Shown: positions 17,563 to 27,383 of the stretch, one piece after another
Layout: each line of letters opens with the position of its first letter
How positions within the stretch are numbered: the first letter of the stretch is position 1
DNA from: Oligoflexales bacterium
Lineage (GTDB): Bacteria; Bdellovibrionota_B; Oligoflexia; Oligoflexales; CAIYRB01
Reading direction: 5' to 3'
Assembly (NCBI GenBank): GCA_041736175.1
Contig: JBGSUI010000149.1
Coordinates: 1 to 45,318, forward strand
DNA length: 45,318 nt
The notes under the pieces: generated by a model
The model's input: only the letters and a program-made list of their open reading frames with translations
What the model was told of the DNA's origin: nothing
Database searches by the model: none
Program-made: the position numbers and the translations under genes

Positions 17563-18787
17563 CGTAAACCTCTCTCGTTGAGGGGTTTATAAAGGCCCGC
17601 AGGGCTGGGCCCACAGGGATTGGGGGGATTCCAGAAAGCAGGCTGATTTTATCAAAGGGTGCAAGCTGGCCCCGGTAGAATCGTTCGATGAGACCCTGAG
17701 GCCTTTTATAAAACTGTTCAAAGATCTTGACCCGTCTAGAAGGAGCCGCTGCTAGAAACAACATGTTGTTGAGCCTGCGAAAGAAACTCCCTCTTTGCCA
17801 ATGGACCTCTTGATAACGAGTGGCTTCATGGATAAAAGCACTCCTTTGGTCGGAGCGCCAGTGGGAGGCAAAAAATTCCGCAAAGGACACGGCAGCTCCT
17901 AGGGAATAGCTTGTGGTCGGATGAAAGAGCCCCGCCCGCATCCCGCTAGCAAGGGTCCCCGAGGTGGGACGCTTAAACGAGCCTAGGGGGATCGGCAAAA
18001 TGCCCGACTCCTGGTGGACGACCTTAAAGGGACCGGAGATGCCCAATCTATGGGCTGCGTAGTGCAGGGCGCGATCACCCAGGACTTTTGGATCGAACCG
18101 AGGATTTTCCGAGTAATAGGTGTCTTCCACAAGGACTTGGTAGGGGGACCAGGGTAGAACATACACAAACCGAAAGCCCTCCGCCTGATCGACGCGGGCA
18201 TCCATAACGATGGGATAGGTGATGCCGTGGGGTCTTGGGGTTTCCAGGGTGAGGCCCGTGAATTTTTGGTAGCCGCAGGTTTTTTGTCCCTCTAGAGAAC
18301 GTTGGTCGGCTCCAAGGGAGTCAAGTCCACGACCATCCACCACAAGGGCCCCTTCGTGGGTGACCCCATCATCGGTGGTGAGGTGTTGGGGACCGATCTC
18401 CCTGATTGGTAGGCCAAACCGGCAGTTTGCTCCCAAATGCGGCATCATTTTAAGGTGAAAGTCTTGGGAAGGAGGGACCCCGGGTCCACACCTTAGGGTC
18501 TGGTACGAACTCGTCAAAACCCGGTCGTAGGTGGGGAATTTAACCACATAGGCAGGCCAGCGGTGACTCACAAAGGGGGCTAACCATCGATTTTGGAGGG
18601 GGCTTAAATCGGATTCGTGGAAGGACCAGGTGTGTTCGCCCCCAAGGCGAGAGGTTTTTTCGAAGAGGATCCAGTCTACATCGGGGCGGGTTATCTTCAG
18701 TCGGAAGGCAAGGAGGGTGTTAGCCAATCCACCCCCTACAAGCAAAATCCTTTGTCGCTGCCGCTCCCCCAAAAGCCGTCCTCCCAC
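17549..18787 (-). CDS. crtY: Lycopene beta-cyclase
   Basis: VGGGLAN, GGEHTWSFH, GYQKF, MDARVDQAEGFRFVYVLP, VEDTYYS and AGLFHPTTSYSL. Confidence 0.92.
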   Translation of the reverse strand: MGGRLLGERQRQRILLVGGGLANTLLAFRLKITRPDVDWILFEKTSRLGGEHTWSFHESDLSPLQNRWLAPFVSHRWPAYVVKFPTYDRVLTSSYQTLRCGPGVPPSQDFHLKMMPHLGANCRFGLPIREIGPQHLTTDDGVTHEGALVVDGRGLDSLGADQRSLEGQKTCGYQKFTGLTLETPRPHGITYPIVMDARVDQAEGFRFVYVLPWSPYQVLVEDTYYSENPRFDPKVLGDRALHYAAHRLGISGPFKVVHQESGILPIPLGSFKRPTSGTLASGMRAGLFHPTTSYSLGAAVSFAEFFASHWRSDQRSAFIHEATRYQEVHWQRGSFFRRLNNMLFLAAAPSRRVKIFEQFYKRPQGLIERFYRGQLAPFDKISLLSGIPPIPVGPALRAFINPSTREVYDARP

Positions 18788-18909
18788 GCTAGTCAGGGTC
18801 AGGATAGGGTAAGTGGGACTGTTTTTCCATTGGTTTTCTTTGGGGGGATGCCATACAATACTTTAAAGCAAACCTCTAAAGTAGATTCAAACTTTGATAG
18901 GAAACAATC

Positions 18910-19758
18910 ATGAGGACCCTTGGGCTCATTTCAGCGGCGGCTCTCCTATTTGGTGCATGTCGGACGGCGGATACGGTCTCAGATCCTACGGAAGCCTTAC
19001 AGGGACAGCCGGCCCGCCTTATCATCAAAGATAGTTGTGCAAAGGCATCTTCTGAGAAAAACGCTCCTTACCAAGTGACTCTCAAAGATACTGGTCTCAT
19101 CCACAAACCCAAGCCTGAGTATCCCGACAAAAAACCCTATGTTGCCAAAGCCCAGGGATATGACTTTTCCTACCGCGTCCAGGACAAGTGGGCCCAGCTC
19201 TATATGGTCGATATCTACAATCTGGATCTTTATGTTAAGGGGTCAGGACCAGCCGTTCCACCTAGCCTTAGGGGCTTATGGTGGATGGATGGAAATCCAC
19301 TGCCCGAAGTGGTCCTCTCCTTTGCGGAGAGTTACATTGATAAAACCACCGGCTACCTTAAAAATCCCTACAACGGCCAAAATTCCTACTTATTTTCTGC
19401 TTCGGCCACAGGACGGCTGACCTGGGATATCACTAAAATCTTTGCGACCCATATGATCTTAAGGCCGACCTCGCAGATAGATTTGAACCGGCCCAAGCCC
19501 GGTGATTTTTTCTATGTGGATGTGGATGTCCGTGTGGTCGGTTATATCAAGTCTTCAAATCTGCCAACAACGTTTATCGAAGATGGACTTTGGCGGCGAG
19601 AAACCGGGGAGCACTGCTACAACCTGCGGCGAATCGTCGACGAAAACGGCAAAAAACTCCCTGTTTATGATTACTTTGTAAACCAGGTGATTGACAAAAA
19701 TAAAGCTGCGGGTAGCAAAAATCCAGACAAGCTCTTACAAATACGTACCCAGCCTTAA
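18910..19758 (+). CDS. Hypothetical lipoprotein
   Basis: Lipobox LFGAC. Aromatic motifs GLWWMDGNPLPE and YNLRRIVDENG. Confidence 0.75.
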   Translation: MRTLGLISAAALLFGACRTADTVSDPTEALQGQPARLIIKDSCAKASSEKNAPYQVTLKDTGLIHKPKPEYPDKKPYVAKAQGYDFSYRVQDKWAQLYMVDIYNLDLYVKGSGPAVPPSLRGLWWMDGNPLPEVVLSFAESYIDKTTGYLKNPYNGQNSYLFSASATGRLTWDITKIFATHMILRPTSQIDLNRPKPGDFFYVDVDVRVVGYIKSSNLPTTFIEDGLWRRETGEHCYNLRRIVDENGKKLPVYDYFVNQVIDKNKAAGSKNPDKLLQIRTQP

Positions 19759-19786
19759 GCCTATCAAATCTATAAGGAGAACCTAG

Positions 19787-21034
19787 GTGAAGCCCAGTCT
19801 GATCATTGGTTGTTTGTACGCAGCGATCACCCCAGGAGTGGTCCAAGGGTCCCCCAAAATACAGGATATCCCCATCGACCCCATGTTAGAGACGAGCTTT
19901 GATTGGGAGGAAGAGATTACAGAGACGATGAATGAACGACTGGTCCAACTCATCTCTAAACAATATGCCAGCCCCTCCGATGAGATGAACGCCCAAACAG
20001 GTCATAAAAATCAGATGCTCCGTGACGCCCACCCCAAGGGGATTGGATGTGTCACGGCCACTTTTAAAATCGGTGATCTTGACCAGATTAAGAAAGCGGT
20101 GTTGCCGAGGTTTCCCGGGCAGCAGCTGCCTTTTGGGCTGCTCCAAAAAGGGGTGTTTGCTGGCAAATCACATAAAGAGTACCGGGCTGTCGTGCGGTTT
20201 TCCAGTAGTGCAGCGACCGTTAAACCCGACTATGAGCCGGATGCTCGCGGCATGGCGGTGAAGATATTGGACGTTATAGGTGACAAATGGCCTCTTACGA
20301 CGGGCCCATCCAGTGCCCGGTCTGGTAACAACCAATTTACCAACGATTCATTTTTAAATACCCAAGATTTTGTCATGATCGACCATCCGTTTTTTCCCGT
20401 CAAGAACGCCCGGGGATTTAACGATCTGATCGCCGTGGCCTTGGGACTGCCCGATGCCCTCAGAGGATTTCTTATGCCCTCGGTAAATCCGGCCCATTGG
20501 CGGTTTGTAGAGATTGCTTCTTTTCTTCGCTTTAATAGTAAGGCGCCCGCTAATCTTTTGACTAAGACCTTTCACTCCATCACGCCTTATTCTTTTTCTG
20601 GATATCCGACTAAATTTATGATGGCTTCCCGTATGGGAGAAGAAAAAATACCCCCAGGGTCCAAGGACAAAAACATCCTACGCACGATGGCCGATGCCAC
20701 CCTCGCCAAAAACGATGTGGTCTTTGATTTTAGTATCCAGCTCCGTCCACGGTTTGAGCCAGGGGTTAACATCCAGCAGATTGTTGAAGATGCGAGTACG
20801 GATTGGACCAAGGAGACCCAGAAATATCCTTTTGTCAAAGTTGCGACCCTGACGATTCCTAAACAGACATTGTCGGACCAAAAGAAACTTAACGACTGTG
20901 ACAATCTATCGTTTAACATCTGGAATAGCGTCAAAGACTATCGCCCTATCGGCAGTATCAATCGCTCTCGAAGGATTATTTATGAACATATTGCGCTGTT
21001 TCGAAAGCAGTTTAACAAAACACTCAACCATTGA
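19787..21034 (+). CDS. Secreted catalase-related heme protein (small y4iL/AOS-like catalase fold)
   Basis: RDAHPKG, VVRFSS, DARGMAVK, QDFVM, SFNIW and RPIGSINRSRRIIY (proximal Tyr). N-terminal signal peptide. Confidence 0.85.
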   Translation: MKPSLIIGCLYAAITPGVVQGSPKIQDIPIDPMLETSFDWEEEITETMNERLVQLISKQYASPSDEMNAQTGHKNQMLRDAHPKGIGCVTATFKIGDLDQIKKAVLPRFPGQQLPFGLLQKGVFAGKSHKEYRAVVRFSSSAATVKPDYEPDARGMAVKILDVIGDKWPLTTGPSSARSGNNQFTNDSFLNTQDFVMIDHPFFPVKNARGFNDLIAVALGLPDALRGFLMPSVNPAHWRFVEIASFLRFNSKAPANLLTKTFHSITPYSFSGYPTKFMMASRMGEEKIPPGSKDKNILRTMADATLAKNDVVFDFSIQLRPRFEPGVNIQQIVEDASTDWTKETQKYPFVKVATLTIPKQTLSDQKKLNDCDNLSFNIWNSVKDYRPIGSINRSRRIIYEHIALFRKQFNKTLNH

Positions 21035-21044
21035 GGTGGATTTC

Positions 21045-21341
21045 ATGGGAGTTGCGAGTAAAAGTCTTCTAAAATATTTAACTATAACTCTAATCGCCGG
21101 TTCGGTCCTACTCGGTTGTCAAACGGTCCGGCCTGCTGGAGAGACCTCTTCGGTCACAGCGGCTTTAGAGTTCCAAAATAACTGCGAATCAGATCCGGAT
21201 TTTAAGAAAATACTGCTCATGGCCACCAAGGCTAAATCTTGTCGCGAAGCTATGGCCCTTTTAGAGCGTATTCAGGATGGGTCTGCAGATTTTGATGAGA
21301 AATTCAAAGCTCTGGTGACGGGGATAGCCGGGAAAATGTAA
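21045..21341 (+). CDS. Small lipoprotein (98 aa)
   Basis: Lipobox LLGC. GAGGTGG RBS before ATG 21045. Confidence 0.7.
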   Translation: MGVASKSLLKYLTITLIAGSVLLGCQTVRPAGETSSVTAALEFQNNCESDPDFKKILLMATKAKSCREAMALLERIQDGSADFDEKFKALVTGIAGKM

Positions 21342-21422
21342 TAGAATTGATACTTTAATACTTTAGGACATTTCTTAGACACTTCTTTTAAAACAACTCC
21401 TTAAAAAATCTATGAATTTTAT

Positions 21423-21438
21423 CGGCCCAAAAATTGCA
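21423..21438 (+). promoter_or_regulatory. Candidate sigma54 promoter
   Basis: CGGCCCAAAAATTGCA has GG-N10-GC spacing, about 30 bp before ATG 21470. Confidence 0.5.
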
Positions 21439-21469
21439 GCATAGTTTACTCAATTGAGGAGAAAAAACT

Positions 21470-22063
21470 ATGAAACATCTTGTTTACTGTTATGCATTCC
21501 TTGGTGCCTGCATCGCCTTCGTGGGGTGCAAGTCGAATTCCACTGGGATTTCGGAACCAACCACCGTTGGTTCGCCAAATCCAAATAATTGCATCGGCGG
21601 CCCAAATGATATTGCCCAGTTTGCGCGCTATGCCCTACAAGGTAACATGGGGCCAATAGACCGTGTGAAAACTGACCATATTTATAAGCGCCATGTCAGT
21701 GGCGAAGAATCCGCCGGTACCCACCTACAAAGCTGGTTTCCTAATAACTTAGCTAAAGACACCCTTCGAGATTTTTTGCGTCGTATTCAGGCCGAAGGAT
21801 ACAACAAGCCAAAAGATGCTGAAGGATCCTATCTATTAAACTTAGGTTTTAAAGTCGGTTGCAGTTCCCAGGCTGTGGAAGCTGCTGGTAGAGGTGGAAC
21901 GATCATGCCTGAGACCAAGACTTTAAAAGTTGTGACAAGCGCTCGTGGGGATATCATCACTGCCTATCCCTATTCAAGAAACCCAGAGGGATCACCCGGG
22001 ACTTCTCCGCCGACCACTATGAATCGATCCAACTCTAACCAGTCAAAAACGGTCGAAGAATAA
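21470..22063 (+). CDS. Lipoprotein with EndoU/polymorphic-toxin-like RNase domain
   Basis: Lipobox FVGC. Motifs HIYKRH...SWFP...KVG...LKVVTSARGDIITAYP. Confidence 0.6.
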   Translation: MKHLVYCYAFLGACIAFVGCKSNSTGISEPTTVGSPNPNNCIGGPNDIAQFARYALQGNMGPIDRVKTDHIYKRHVSGEESAGTHLQSWFPNNLAKDTLRDFLRRIQAEGYNKPKDAEGSYLLNLGFKVGCSSQAVEAAGRGGTIMPETKTLKVVTSARGDIITAYPYSRNPEGSPGTSPPTTMNRSNSNQSKTVEE

Positions 22064-24200
22064 GAATACTCCAGCCCTTGCCATGGTAAGTTAAGTAGCC
22101 CTTGGTCTTAGCAAATCCAGCGGCAGCAAAGGGGGCGCCGTCCTTGTGCTCGATTTCATAGCCATGGGAACGGCTGTCGATGGCTTGGAAGGCACTGAGT
22201 GAGCTGAGGGAATCCTGGAGGAGATTGGCCTGGTTGGTGGAGCCAATAACGAGACCTTTTTGGTTGACCAGATACACGATGCTATCTTTGCCAACGATGG
22301 TCGCCCGCATAATATCAAAGATAAATTTGCAATTAAATCTTGTGGTGATCACCCCTAGACTCTTGCCAGCATCCCCTAGAATAGGCGCGGCAAAGGTGAC
22401 GGTGTAGTCCTCGATCGACTTAGATTTGTAAAAGTCGGACACCACTGTTTTTCCCGCCAGAGCTTCCCGAAACCAGTCTCGATCCCGTTGCACGGTCCCT
22501 TCCAGGTCTCGGTGTTTCGCTGCCGAAATGATTTTGCCCTCGTGATCGAGCAAAAAGATATCATGATAGACTTCGTAAAGTTCTTGGAGAGATCTTAATA
22601 GTATTTGGATATCGCCAACCTTAACTTGTCCCTCAAGACAGTGTTTGATCGCAGAAAAAGAAGCAAAAGCTTGGATATCGCAGAATCTCTCAAAGAGATT
22701 GCGATCGACTTTGTCGATAGTATCAAAGGCGGCCTCACCAAGGCGTTTAAAGATGGTCTGGCTTACGCTTTTGCCGAGGGTCTCTGTCAGGGCGTTGATC
22801 GATTTTACAAAATCCTCGGACTGCTTTGAAAGCTTGCCGATCTCCGAGGCGATCACAGAAAAGGATTCTCCCTCGGCACCAGCGACACCGGCTTGGATGG
22901 CAGCGTTGACGGCAAGCATATTGGTTTCGTTGTTGATGGAATTGATGCGGTTCACCACTTGGGAGATATTGCCGGTGACTTTTTCGAGGAGTTGGTTGGC
23001 TTGTTCGGCAGCTTGGCGTTTAGAATCCCCGTCCCGCTTGATGGTTTGGACGAAAAACTCTCGATTTTTGGAGTGTATGGGAAAACTCACAATAGCCGAC
23101 CAGCCTTTGCCGGGATAGGCTGCAAAGCCGTAGGTCTGGCAAAATCCCCAGGCACTTAACTGGCCGTTGCGGGCGCATTCGATCGTATAGCCCGTCCCGC
23201 CTGCAAGGGCAGCTTCTCCAGCCATCAGCCAAGAAAGACTGTCGGTCAGGAGGCCACTGAGGGGTTTTTTAGCGATCAGAGTTCCCTCATTGTTAATCAA
23301 AAAGAGTTTGGTCTCGGGCTCCACGGGCATCGATTCAAGCATTTCCTGGACGTAGTTCCAGTTGAACCGGGTGGATAGAATGCCGACCACAGAGCCGTCG
23401 TCGTTTTTAATGGGAGCAGAATAGGAAACCGTATATTGGTTGACAAGGGCTGATTTATGGAGATCCGACACATGACCAGCTCCTTTGGTCATCACTTCTT
23501 TAAAGAGTGGTTGCTGGGTTTTATCCATTCCCACCAGGCTTTTGTCACGGGCACTGCTGACGATCACCCCTTGGTTGTTGATGACGATCACATCGATATA
23601 GACTTGGTAGGTGTTGCAAAGCTTTTCTAGGACTACGGAGGCGGCAGCGATCGCTTTTAAGGTCGGGTTGATGGCTTGGCCGCTGACGGCGAGGTCGATA
23701 AGCTTAGGTCCGTTGAGTCCTTTGGTGAGTTTAGCCACATTGCGGATCTCGTCAAATCCTGCCCAAGCTTGGCAATCACAGTTGCGCTCAAACAGATTGC
23801 GGTCGACTTTGTCGATCAGATCGGAGGCGATATCCGCATAGCGCACGGCGGTGGCTCGCATGGCGGAGAGTTCAAGCTGGTTGATCTCTCTTTCCAGATC
23901 AGAAGCTAGCTCTTGGGTTTTTTCTGCTTGCCGACGAACCTGGTCAGCCACTAGGGAAAAGTTTTCGGACTGGGTCTGGGTCCTGGCGGCTTCGATCGAA
24001 GCACTGACGGCGATAAAATTGGCCTTTTGAATGATGTCATTCATAATCCCAAGACTACCGGCCATTTCGGCGATCGTCATCAGTAGGGTTGGCTCTTGTC
24101 CTGGTTGGCCATTGCCTTTAACCAGGGTGAGATTGGTCTTTTTAGTTGCGTCCCCACCTGTTGTGGACACTTCGTTTGGAGTAGACTGCGGCTGGCTCAT
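22035..24200 (-). CDS. Soluble chemoreceptor, tandem duplication of (short MCP signalling domain plus Cache-like domain)
   Basis: Two hairpin tips (ASIEAART...VADQVRRQA and NAAIQAG...IASEIGKLS), two DKVDRNLFER motifs, two Cache-like domains and no TM segment. Confidence 0.85.
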   Translation of the reverse strand: MSQPQSTPNEVSTTGGDATKKTNLTLVKGNGQPGQEPTLLMTIAEMAGSLGIMNDIIQKANFIAVSASIEAARTQTQSENFSLVADQVRRQAEKTQELASDLEREINQLELSAMRATAVRYADIASDLIDKVDRNLFERNCDCQAWAGFDEIRNVAKLTKGLNGPKLIDLAVSGQAINPTLKAIAAASVVLEKLCNTYQVYIDVIVINNQGVIVSSARDKSLVGMDKTQQPLFKEVMTKGAGHVSDLHKSALVNQYTVSYSAPIKNDDGSVVGILSTRFNWNYVQEMLESMPVEPETKLFLINNEGTLIAKKPLSGLLTDSLSWLMAGEAALAGGTGYTIECARNGQLSAWGFCQTYGFAAYPGKGWSAIVSFPIHSKNREFFVQTIKRDGDSKRQAAEQANQLLEKVTGNISQVVNRINSINNETNMLAVNAAIQAGVAGAEGESFSVIASEIGKLSKQSEDFVKSINALTETLGKSVSQTIFKRLGEAAFDTIDKVDRNLFERFCDIQAFASFSAIKHCLEGQVKVGDIQILLRSLQELYEVYHDIFLLDHEGKIISAAKHRDLEGTVQRDRDWFREALAGKTVVSDFYKSKSIEDYTVTFAAPILGDAGKSLGVITTRFNCKFIFDIMRATIVGKDSIVYLVNQKGLVIGSTNQANLLQDSLSSLSAFQAIDSRSHGYEIEHKDGAPFAAAGFAKTKGYLTYHGKGWSILILRPFLTG

Positions 24201-27200
24201 GCGGCTCCTTTCTCTAGGGTCTTCGTTCCTTTTTGCTCAGGATCGAGGAGTTTACAAAGGGCGCCCACATCAAGAATCGTAATGATGCGCCCCTTGTCAT
24301 TAAACGTGGTTTTAGCGTATTCGGCGATCCCGACGGGAATGCTGAGATCCCGTGAGACTCCCTCACCTTGTTCCATGTTGGTTAAGTCGATGACTTCGCC
24401 GACCTGCCCAGTGAGGGCAGCAAAACAGTGGTGATCGTGATCGATCACGATCTGTTCTTGGCGGCTAGGAGCCAGCTCGCCGGGAGGTTTGATGGCGAAA
24501 AACTTGTTGAGGTCGATGATGGGGATCACCTGGCCTCTAAAGTAGGTGACCGCCTGCATCCACGGCTTGGAGGCAGGAATCGGTGCACAGGTGGTCGGCA
24601 GGGAGACTTCTTTGATAGAGTCCATGGGCAGAGCAAACCAATGGTCCTCAAGGGCAAAGGTGACGTAGCGGCGGGAAGTCTTCTTTTGTTCGGTGAGGAG
24701 GTCTTTAAGGGAATTCGTAGACTCCTCGCCCTTAAGGACACTGGCCACCTCACTGAGAAGGTGCTCGCTGTTGAGTTTGGATACCAGAGCCAGGGCACCT
24801 GCTTGGGCAGCTTTGGCGCGCATCTCGAGGGATACCACGGCGGTATGGACGATACAGGGGAGGTGTTTGGTATGTGGTGTGGCTTTAAGCCAGCGGATCA
24901 GTCCGATACCGTTGAGATTAGGCATCTCAATATCGGTGATGATCAGGTCGATGGTCTTGGTAAATTCTTCGTTTTCGAGGGCTTTTTTGGCTTCTAATCC
25001 ATCATGGCACAAGACGGTTTCGTAGCCAGCGCTTTTCAAGCTTGAGATCATTTCTGACGCAAAAAAGCCGTCATCTTCTGCAGTCAAGATCTTGACCGAT
25101 TTTTTGTTAGACTTTTTAGCTCGGACTTCTGGTGACTCCGTGGCGAGGTCCACGAGTTCGTTGATATCTGCGACCAAAACAGTCTCGTCGTCAAGGACGG
25201 TCGAACCACTGATTCCAGGATAGACAAGTGAGCGGTCGTAATTTTCGGGCATCCGCTTGATCCCATTAAAGTCGGCGAGAGGGATCCCGTAGGACTGTTT
25301 GCGTATAGTGACGATGACCACAGAGTACTGTTCGCGAATGATGCGGGGTTTCTTAAGGATAAGCTCCTCAATCCAAATCAGAGGGATCGTCTGCCCTTCG
25401 AGGACCATAAAGCTTGGACCATCGTCGCGGATAAAATTCATCTTTTTGCGGTCCACATAGACGATCTGTTTAGCCCTTTGGACCGGAATACAAAAGTGTT
25501 GGTAGTTGCAAAAAGTGATGATTTTTTGCTGGAGTCGTCTTAAATCGCTCGAAGTGAGGGTCGCTGCCGAAGCGGTCTTGCCTTCTGAGGTAATGTATTT
25601 AGACTTTTTAGCCTCCGTCACGGGGATTTGGTGAACCAACGTCGATAGTTTACTGGTATCCACCAGAAACAGCAGACTTCCATCCCCCTGTTTGGTCACT
25701 CCCGAGTAGTATTGGGAGTTAGGAAAAGCGTTTGGAAGTGGTTGGGAGACGATGCTGATAGGACCAATCACATGGTCTACCTCGAGGATAAATCTTAATT
25801 TGCCGTGCCGGACCAAAACCAGGGCGTTATGCTTCTCCACTTTTCGTTCGAAGATTTTACAGAGAGACAAAATAGGGATCGGGACGTCCCGGACGACGAT
25901 CACCTGGGTTCCGTCAGCGAGAGTCTTAATGCTTTCATGGATTTGATTGGAGTGGAGGGAGTAAACTTCTTCCACGTTAGCCTGGGGGATGGAGTAGGAC
26001 TGGCCACCGACTATAAACCCGAGGCACTCCACAATGGCGAGACTGAGAGGGAGGTGCAAGGCAAAGGTGGTCCCGACGGAGAGAGCAGTGATGATTTCGA
26101 TATGCCCCCCGATTTTTTCGATCGCAGAGCGGACGATATCCATCCCCACCCCACGACCTGAGGTCTTGGAGATCACTTCGGCACTGGAAAAACCGGGGAG
26201 AAAGATAAGATTGAGTTTGTCCATAGGAGTCATAGCTTCGCCCTGGGCTTGGGTGATGATTCCTTTTTTAATCCCAATTTCCATGATCTTGTTGGCGTCA
26301 ATACCGCGGCCATCGTCGGTGATCGAAAGATAGACTTCGCCGCTACGGTAGGCGGCGGTGAGGGTGACTTGGCCCTCTTGGGGTTTGTTGGCCTTGAGCC
26401 GATCGCTCGGCGGCTCTAGTCCATGGTCAATAGCATTGCGCACAAGATGGATCAGCGGCTCGCCGAGGGCATCGACAATGGCACGGTCTAGCAGCGTCTC
26501 GCCCCCTTGGATATCAAGGGTGACTTTTTTCTTGCAATCTGCTGCTGTGGTCCGCACGACCCTTTGCATCCCCGTAAAGATGGGTCCGATCGGGCTGAGG
26601 CGCAACTTAAAGGCATTTTGCTGCAGCTTTGACGAAAATATTTCCAGCTCCCGGCAGTTGTCGCTCAGTTCCACGTCCCTTGGATAGCGGTGACTAATCC
26701 ACGAAAACCGATTTTTCACGAGCATAAAATCACTGACGAGGAGCATGAGTTGGTCGATAAGAGCCCTAGAGACTTTGATCAGATCGTCCTCATGGCTCTT
26801 AGGACGCTGCAAACCAGGATCGATCTCCTGTTCCGAGTCTTTTGCCCCCGCAGCTTTTAGATCTCCGGTGGACTCGCTCGCCTCTTGGAGTTTTGCCAGG
26901 AGTTTAAAATAGCGTTCTGTACCTTCGTTGCCTTGGGATTTAAGGCGGTCGGAGATTTCCCGCATGGCGGTGACTGCGGTTAACAAAAGATCTACGTGTT
27001 CTGTGGCTAGGGTGAGCTTATCATTACGCACCAGATCTAACAGAGATTCTCCCCAATTGGCAACATCCACAAGGATATTAAATCCCATCATGGCGGCGCT
27101 GCCCTTGGTGTTGTGGAAAATTCTAAACGTATGATTGATTTGATCTTTGGAGTTACGGGAATTTTCTAGCTCAATCAGCGCAGATTCCAGGTTTAAGATA

Positions 27201-27286
27201 TTCTCGCTAAGTTCGCCACAAAAGGTAGACATCATCTCTTGGTTACGAGAGCTGTTGTCTTGGTCAAATGTTTGAAAATCACTCAT
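24197..27286 (-). CDS. cheA: CheA hybrid kinase (Hpt-dimerization-HATPase-CheW-CheW-REC-CheW)
   Basis: FHNTKGSA, HLVRNAIDHG, DDGRG and SGRGVGMD. REC motifs AEDD...TDIEMP. C-terminal CheW. Confidence 0.93.
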   Translation of the reverse strand: MSDFQTFDQDNSSRNQEMMSTFCGELSENILNLESALIELENSRNSKDQINHTFRIFHNTKGSAAMMGFNILVDVANWGESLLDLVRNDKLTLATEHVDLLLTAVTAMREISDRLKSQGNEGTERYFKLLAKLQEASESTGDLKAAGAKDSEQEIDPGLQRPKSHEDDLIKVSRALIDQLMLLVSDFMLVKNRFSWISHRYPRDVELSDNCRELEIFSSKLQQNAFKLRLSPIGPIFTGMQRVVRTTAADCKKKVTLDIQGGETLLDRAIVDALGEPLIHLVRNAIDHGLEPPSDRLKANKPQEGQVTLTAAYRSGEVYLSITDDGRGIDANKIMEIGIKKGIITQAQGEAMTPMDKLNLIFLPGFSSAEVISKTSGRGVGMDIVRSAIEKIGGHIEIITALSVGTTFALHLPLSLAIVECLGFIVGGQSYSIPQANVEEVYSLHSNQIHESIKTLADGTQVIVVRDVPIPILSLCKIFERKVEKHNALVLVRHGKLRFILEVDHVIGPISIVSQPLPNAFPNSQYYSGVTKQGDGSLLFLVDTSKLSTLVHQIPVTEAKKSKYITSEGKTASAATLTSSDLRRLQQKIITFCNYQHFCIPVQRAKQIVYVDRKKMNFIRDDGPSFMVLEGQTIPLIWIEELILKKPRIIREQYSVVIVTIRKQSYGIPLADFNGIKRMPENYDRSLVYPGISGSTVLDDETVLVADINELVDLATESPEVRAKKSNKKSVKILTAEDDGFFASEMISSLKSAGYETVLCHDGLEAKKALENEEFTKTIDLIITDIEMPNLNGIGLIRWLKATPHTKHLPCIVHTAVVSLEMRAKAAQAGALALVSKLNSEHLLSEVASVLKGEESTNSLKDLLTEQKKTSRRYVTFALEDHWFALPMDSIKEVSLPTTCAPIPASKPWMQAVTYFRGQVIPIIDLNKFFAIKPPGELAPSRQEQIVIDHDHHCFAALTGQVGEVIDLTNMEQGEGVSRDLSIPVGIAEYAKTTFNDKGRIITILDVGALCKLLDPEQKGTKTLEKGAA

Positions 27287-27314
27287 TGGAGCCGAAAATC
27301 CCCCTCAATCTCAG

Positions 27315-27341
27315 TTTTCGGAGCAATCTGTAGAACTCTGA
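27315..27341 (-). promoter_or_regulatory. Candidate sigma28 promoter of cheA
   Basis: TCAG-N15-TCCGAAAA on the minus strand, about 30 bp upstream of cheA. Confidence 0.35.
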
Positions 27342-27383
27342 GATCTTAAGATGTAAGTATTTATAATGAGTAGTTAAATTATT

